Shown: in pieces, positions 60,401 through 64,000 of the stretch | Layout of the letters: every line of letters begins with the position of its first letter | Numbering within the stretch: position 1 is the first letter of the stretch | Assembly (NCBI GenBank): GCA_040758355.1 | Contig: JBFLWF010000001.1 | Location: 32,001 to 96,000 of the forward strand | Source: Nitrospirota bacterium | Lineage (GTDB): Bacteria > Nitrospirota > Thermodesulfovibrionia > Thermodesulfovibrionales > Dissulfurispiraceae | Direction of reading: 5' to 3' | DNA: 64,000 nucleotides | The notes under the pieces: model-generated | Seen by the model: the letters and a program-made list of their open reading frames with translations, nothing else | Told to the model about the DNA's origin: nothing | Database searches by the model: none | Made by a program: the position numbers and the translations under genes

Positions 60401-60552
60401 AAGACAGAAAAGGAAAACCGTTATCAGTTGAGGAAACAAAGCATTACTGCAAAATCGTTACTGCTCTAAAAAAGACAATAGAGATTCAAACGAAAATAGA
60501 CAGCACATATTTAGATATTGAAAAGGAAATAATTGATTTTTCTGTAACATAA
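57418..60552 (+). CDS. Fused restriction-modification enzyme (N6-adenine MTase; Type IIG/IIL-like, ISP-type specificity domain, no helicase)
   Basis: NPDF...GYIEAK nuclease, RGVYYTPEPVV, VLDPAAGT, GNPPY, DDYVKF, YRPFD, IDFPRIP. Confidence 0.88.
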   Translation: MLKTYFKRIFDVAKRGDATEQSYYSSLEELLKSYAISIGKKHVNVTTIPKKTDAGNPDFRVWDGKQQIIGYIEAKAPTIEYLDQIEASEQLKRYLHIFPNLLLTNFFEFRLYRNGALMDKVFIGRPYHIYKLKSVPLVENEQKFLNLLEKYFSFSLPKVYDARNLAIELAKRTRFLKDEVIAQELEEEEKKGKGNILNFYKVFKDHLISGLTKEDFADLYSQTITYGLFAARTRTENGFNRKLAYDRIPKTIGILKDVFKFISLGDLPQQMEWIIDDISEVFATTDVYKLLDEYFNKHKGKDPIVHFYETFLAEYDPKTREKRGVYYTPEPVVSYIVRSLHHILKEHFDKKDGFASQSVTVLDPAAGTLTFLAEAAHLAVEEFTSKYGEGKRKGFIKEHILKNFYAFELMMAPYAIGHLKMSFLLEELGYKLQADDRFKLYLTNTLEMEELAQTELPGMVSLSEESHLAGKVKKEQPILVILGNPPYSGHSSNIGDWISKEIKTYFQVDGKPLGEKNPKWLQDDYVKFIRFAQWKIDQAGEGVLGFITNHSYLDNPTFRGMRQSLMKSFDEIYLLDLHGNSLKKEKCPDGSKDENVFDIQQGVAIALFIKRIGLKKKISHSEVWGVREDKYTWLNKHDVKTTKWKTINPKSEFYLFIPRDEGLLKQYEKYPKITDIFPVNSVGIVTARDNLTIKWTSHEIWQTVMNFVKLDTELARQAYNLGADVRDWKVAFAQKDLKDSGMDKKRITPILYRPFDTRYTYYTGKSRGFHCMPRHEIMQHMIKDNLGLITVRQVAEGNFNHAFVSDAIVESRITLSNKGIGFLFPLYLYQQKDKPKKKSLSSIMMLFEEQAEYGVRKPNLSPVIIEKITKAYKKEPSPENIFYYIYAVLYSNIYRPKYSEFLKIDFPRIPFTSDYKTFKKLADYGERLVEFHLLKSSEIDTPIARFQGEGNDKVEKLRYEKGKLCINNDQYFEGIPLEVWKYQVGGYQVCAKWLKDRKGKPLSVEETKHYCKIVTALKKTIEIQTKIDSTYLDIEKEIIDFSVT

Positions 60553-60565
60553 TCATAAAGTCCTC

Positions 60566-60602
60566 GGCGGCGGGAATATGGCAGAGGCGTTGATTAAAAG
60601 AG
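60566..60602 (+). repeat. Duplicated proC 5' segment (second copy at 61250-61286)
   Basis: ggcggcgggaatatggcagaggcgttgattaaaagag versus ggcggcgggaatatggcagaggctttgattaaaggag, 35/37 identical. Confidence 0.9.
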
Positions 60603-60609
60603 GTGCAGA

Positions 60610-61238
60610 TTGAAGTCTTCAGCTAAAAAACATACATATTCTACCCTCATTACCGACCTTGCATCACTAATCGAACAAGGCCGCAAAACAGCAGTTCGGT
60701 ATGTGAACACCGCTCTGGTAGTTACTTACTGGCTCATCGGCAGGAGAATTGTGGAGTATGAGCAGAAGGGGAAGGAAAGGGCCGATTATGGGGAAGCGCT
60801 TCTCAAAAAAATATCCATTGACTTAACTTCCAGATTTGGAAAAGGATTTACAGAAAGAAACCTTGAACATATGCGGCAATTCTATTTTACCTACCCTGAG
60901 ATTTCGCACACACTGTGTGCTAAATTTTCTGAAGATAGTTCCATAAAAAAATCGCACACGGCGTGTGCGGAATTAGCGCCAATTTCCGAAACATTGTCTC
61001 GGAAATTTCCATTATCATGGTCTCACTACCGCCTGCTAATGCGCCTTGACGAACCCTTTAAACGTGAGTTTTATGAATCAGAATGTGCCCGTGGCAACTG
61101 GTTGGCGGAATGAATAATAAGGTATTTGCTTCAAAATATAGGTTAAAATTACCTGATCCTAAAGTGCTTAAACGGGAAATAGAGCACGAGAGACAGAGGT
61201 TTTTGGAAATGAAAATAGTGAAGGAGAAAGAAGGATGA
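60610..61238 (+). pseudogene. DUF1016/YhcG family gene with an internal deletion
   Basis: N-terminus (YWLIGRRIV.EQ.G..RADYG, LSWSHY, EFYE.EC.RGNW) joins out of frame to a C-terminal tail GGMNNKVFASKYRLKLPD...EKEG*, whose TGA overlaps the proC ATG. Confidence 0.8.
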
Positions 61239-62029
61239 TAGGTTTTATAGGCGGCGGGAATATGGCAGAGGCTTTGATTAAAGGAGCAGTCAGCAGTCAG
61301 CAGTCAGCAGTCAGCGGTCTTTTAGTATCAGAACCCCGAGAGGACAGAAGAAAGTATTTAGAACAGACTTACGGTGTAAGAACAATGTCAGATAACAGAG
61401 AGGTCGCATCTTCATGCAATATAATCATCCTTGCTGTAAAGCCACAAAACATGGCAGTAGTCCTCGATGAAATAGCAGACTTGATAACCGAAGACAAAAC
61501 AGTCGTTTCGATAGCTGCAGGGATAACTCTTTCATATTTGCAATCAAAACTGAAAACCAAAAAACTCATCCGTGTTATGCCTAATACGCCTGCCATTGTG
61601 CAGGAGGGCATGTCTGTAATGTCTTTATGCGAGTGCTTTTCTGACAAGGACATTGCAATCATAAGGGACATCTTTATGTCTGTGGGCAAGGTGCTTACCC
61701 TTCCTGAAAAATACATGGATGCAGTAACTGCTGTATCAGGAAGCGGTCCTGCCTTTGTGGCATTATTTATAGAGGCTATGATAGCAGCAGGTGAAAAGAT
61801 GGGACTAAGCAGGGACAATGCTTCTGAACTTGCAATACAGACACTTGTAGGCACTGCAAGGCTTCTTGATACAGGGATGCCTCCTGAGAAGCTCAGGGTA
61901 ATGGTGACATCTCCGGGAGGCACAACAGCAGCAGGGCTGAAGGTATTTGAAGAAAAAGGCTTTAAAGATATAGTATATGATGCACTGCATGCAGCTAAAA
62001 AGCGGGCAGAAGAGCTGGCAAAGGCTTAA
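61235..62029 (+). CDS. proC: Pyrroline-5-carboxylate reductase
   Basis: IGFIGGGNMAEA, LAVKPQ, RVMPNTP, SGSGPA, VTSPGGTT. Confidence 0.96.
   Translation: MIGFIGGGNMAEALIKGAVSSQQSAVSGLLVSEPREDRRKYLEQTYGVRTMSDNREVASSCNIIILAVKPQNMAVVLDEIADLITEDKTVVSIAAGITLSYLQSKLKTKKLIRVMPNTPAIVQEGMSVMSLCECFSDKDIAIIRDIFMSVGKVLTLPEKYMDAVTAVSGSGPAFVALFIEAMIAAGEKMGLSRDNASELAIQTLVGTARLLDTGMPPEKLRVMVTSPGGTTAAGLKVFEEKGFKDIVYDALHAAKKRAEELAKA
61286..61320. repeat. 7-nt unit GCAGTCA x4 (+1 degenerate), in-frame in proC
   Basis: gcagtca x4 then gcggtct, encoding AVSSQQSAVSG. Confidence 0.9.
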
Positions 62030-62044
62030 AATGAGGAGGGAGTG

Positions 62045-62362
62045 ATGTTTATATTCGGTAATTTTGTTTTAGCAGTTGCGAAGATCCTCGATATTGTCCT
62101 TGAGGTATACCAGTGGGTTGTTATAATCTCTGCGATCATAAGCTGGGTTAATCCCGACCCATATAATCCGATAGTGAGATTCCTCTACTCGGTAACAGAG
62201 CCTGTTTTAAGGCCAATAAGAAGGCTCATCGGCGGGAGGCTCGGCCCCATCATAGACATTTCTCCTCTCATAGTAATTCTTGCTATTATATTTATCCAGA
62301 AATTTCTCATAAGTTCTTTGATAGAACTGGGCTATAAAATAAAAGGAGGGGCTGTAATATGA
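62045..62362 (+). CDS. yggT: YggT family membrane protein
   Basis: ISWVNPDPYNPIV, TEPVL.PIRR, DISPLI. Confidence 0.92.
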   Translation: MFIFGNFVLAVAKILDIVLEVYQWVVIISAIISWVNPDPYNPIVRFLYSVTEPVLRPIRRLIGGRLGPIIDISPLIVILAIIFIQKFLISSLIELGYKIKGGAVI

Positions 62363-62832
62363 GAATAACACCGCTTGATATCCAGCAAAAGCAGTTCCCC
62401 ATGAGACTCAGGGGATTCGATGTCGACGAGGTATATTCTTTCCTTGAATTGATAAGGGAAGAGCTTGAGGAACTCCTCAGGGAGAATTCATCGTTAAAGG
62501 AACAGCTCAACAGGGCAGACAGCCAACTTCAGGAATACAAAAATATGGAAGTCACCCTCCGCGAAACCCTGATGACTGCACAGCAGATGGTGGAAGATTA
62601 CAAGACGAATGCAAGGAAGGAAGCAGAGCTTATCCTGAAAGAGGCAGAGCTCAAGGCAGACACTATGATTAAAGAGGCGCAGGAAAAGGTGGTCAAAATA
62701 CACGAAGACATTGTTGACCTCAAGGGAATCAGACGCCATTTCAAAGAGGAGATAAAGCGGCTCATAGACAGCCATCTCAAGATGCTCGAATTCGACAAGG
62801 AAAGGGAAGGGGAAGAATCAGGTGAAGTATAG
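62359..62832 (+). CDS. divIVA: DivIVA domain protein
   Basis: ITPLDIQQKQF...RGFDVDEV..FL followed by coiled coil. Confidence 0.9.
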   Translation: MRITPLDIQQKQFPMRLRGFDVDEVYSFLELIREELEELLRENSSLKEQLNRADSQLQEYKNMEVTLRETLMTAQQMVEDYKTNARKEAELILKEAELKADTMIKEAQEKVVKIHEDIVDLKGIRRHFKEEIKRLIDSHLKMLEFDKEREGEESGEV

Positions 62833-64000
62833 TGCCCTCAAGGGCATTCAGGATATCCTGCCCCCTGATATCCATATCTGGCAGAAGGTGGAGTCTACAG
62901 CACTGGAGATATTCCGGAAATACGGATTTCAGGAAATAAGAATCCCCATCATAGAATCCACGGACATATTTATCAGGAGCATCGGAGAAACAACGGATAT
63001 TGTCGAAAAAGAGATGTACACCTTTCCCGACAAGGCAGGCAGGAGCATCACTATGAGACCCGAAGGCACAGCGCCTGCTGTGAGGTGTTATGTGGAGCAT
63101 CATCTTTATAATCTTTCTTCACCCCAGAAATTCTTTTATTCCGGCCCGATGTTCAGATATGAAAGACCTCAAAAAGGCAGATTCAGACAGTTTTATCAGA
63201 TAGGCGTCGAGGCGTTTGGCGTTTCCCAGCCGTCAATGGATGCAGAGATTATTGCTATGCTCAGGAATCTCCTTGAAGGGATAGGCTTGAAAGAAGTGAA
63301 TTTCGAGCTTAACTCAATTGGATGCGATAAATGCAGGCCTGACTACAGGAATGCGCTTTTGGACTTTTTCAGGAGCAGATTATCAGATTTCTGTCCTGAC
63401 TGCCAGAGGAGATATGAACTGAATCCATTGCGCATCCTTGACTGCAAGGTCGAAAGATGCATTGAGCTCAGGCAGGGCGCTCCTGTTGTTACAGACCATT
63501 TATGCAGCGAGTGCAGAGAGCACTTTGGCGAGTTGATTTTCAGATTGCAGACGCTGGAAATCCCTTATACATTGAATCCAAATCTGGTGAGGGGGCTTGA
63601 TTACTACACAAGGACAGCCTTTGAGGTAACAAGCGAACACCTTGGCGCGCAAAAGGCAGTTGCTGCAGGTGGAAGGTATGATAGACTCGTGGAAGAATTC
63701 GGCGGCCCTTCAACGCCAGCAATAGGTTTTGCTCTGGGAATGGAAAGAATAGTAACCCTCTTAAAAGAAACATGGACAGAAGATCATCCTGCACCAAAGG
63801 TATTTATCGCCACACTTGGCAAGGAAGCAGAGATTGAAGGATTCAAGATTGCTGAGGATTTGAGGGCAAAAGGTCTCTGGGCTGAGCCTAATTACGGAGG
63901 CGCATCCCTGAAAAGCCAGTTGAGAAAGGCAGACAGGATAGGCGCCGAGTTTGCATTCATAATAGGAGAGAACGAGCTAAAGGCTGGAAAGGTTCAATGG
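62822..64000 (+). CDS. hisS: Histidine--tRNA ligase (runs off the window end)
   Basis: Manual translation from GTG 62822: MKYSALKGIQDILP...TDIVEKEMYTF...RPEGTA...FRYERPQKGRFRQFYQ...LVRGLDYY. Confidence 0.95.
   Translation, partial: MKYSALKGIQDILPPDIHIWQKVESTALEIFRKYGFQEIRIPIIESTDIFIRSIGETTDIVEKEMYTFPDKAGRSITMRPEGTAPAVRCYVEHHLYNLSSPQKFFYSGPMFRYERPQKGRFRQFYQIGVEAFGVSQPSMDAEIIAMLRNLLEGIGLKEVNFELNSIGCDKCRPDYRNALLDFFRSRLSDFCPDCQRRYELNPLRILDCKVERCIELRQGAPVVTDHLCSECREHFGELIFRLQTLEIPYTLNPNLVRGLDYYTRTAFEVTSEHLGAQKAVAAGGRYDRLVEEFGGPSTPAIGFALGMERIVTLLKETWTEDHPAPKVFIATLGKEAEIEGFKIAEDLRAKGLWAEPNYGGASLKSQLRKADRIGAEFAFIIGENELKAGKVQW

Overview
64 kb of chromosome from a diderm bacterium (lpxI-lpxA-fabZ-lpxD-skp-bamA operon). 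Gene order and content (yggS-proC-yggT-divIVA-hisS, LpxI, DapL) suggest Nitrospirota or a Desulfobacterota-like lineage; this is inference only. Most of the window is housekeeping: lipid A/BAM, lepA-lepB, riboflavin, leuD-leuB-asd-metK-ahcY, miaA, polX and four tRNAs. Three things stand out. (1) An ~18 kb cyclic-nucleotide locus (13.5-31.6 kb). It encodes a CHASE2 adenylate cyclase, a class II-type cNMP phosphodiesterase, a GAF-HD-GYP protein, a TPR/beta-barrel plus FecR-domain pair, an orphan PilB-like ATPase, and a five-gene trans-envelope transport operon whose MMPL/RND pump carries a C-terminal cNMP-binding domain. No CRP-type regulator is present in the locus. (2) At least 12 short arrays of 7- or 8-nt period repeats with locus-specific units. 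They are often inverted pairs, and lie between genes, inside a tRNA operon and in-frame inside housekeeping genes (miaA, proC, ribE, yggS and others). (3) A defence insertion between yggS and proC: a fused restriction-modification enzyme plus an internally deleted DUF1016 gene, the latter flanked by a 37-bp duplication of the proC 5' end that stops where a repeat array begins. Also present: a c-di-AMP riboswitch upstream of kup, a 222-bp palindromic element, a HicAB islet and several apparently leaderless genes. All calls come from reading motifs by eye; no database searches were run.
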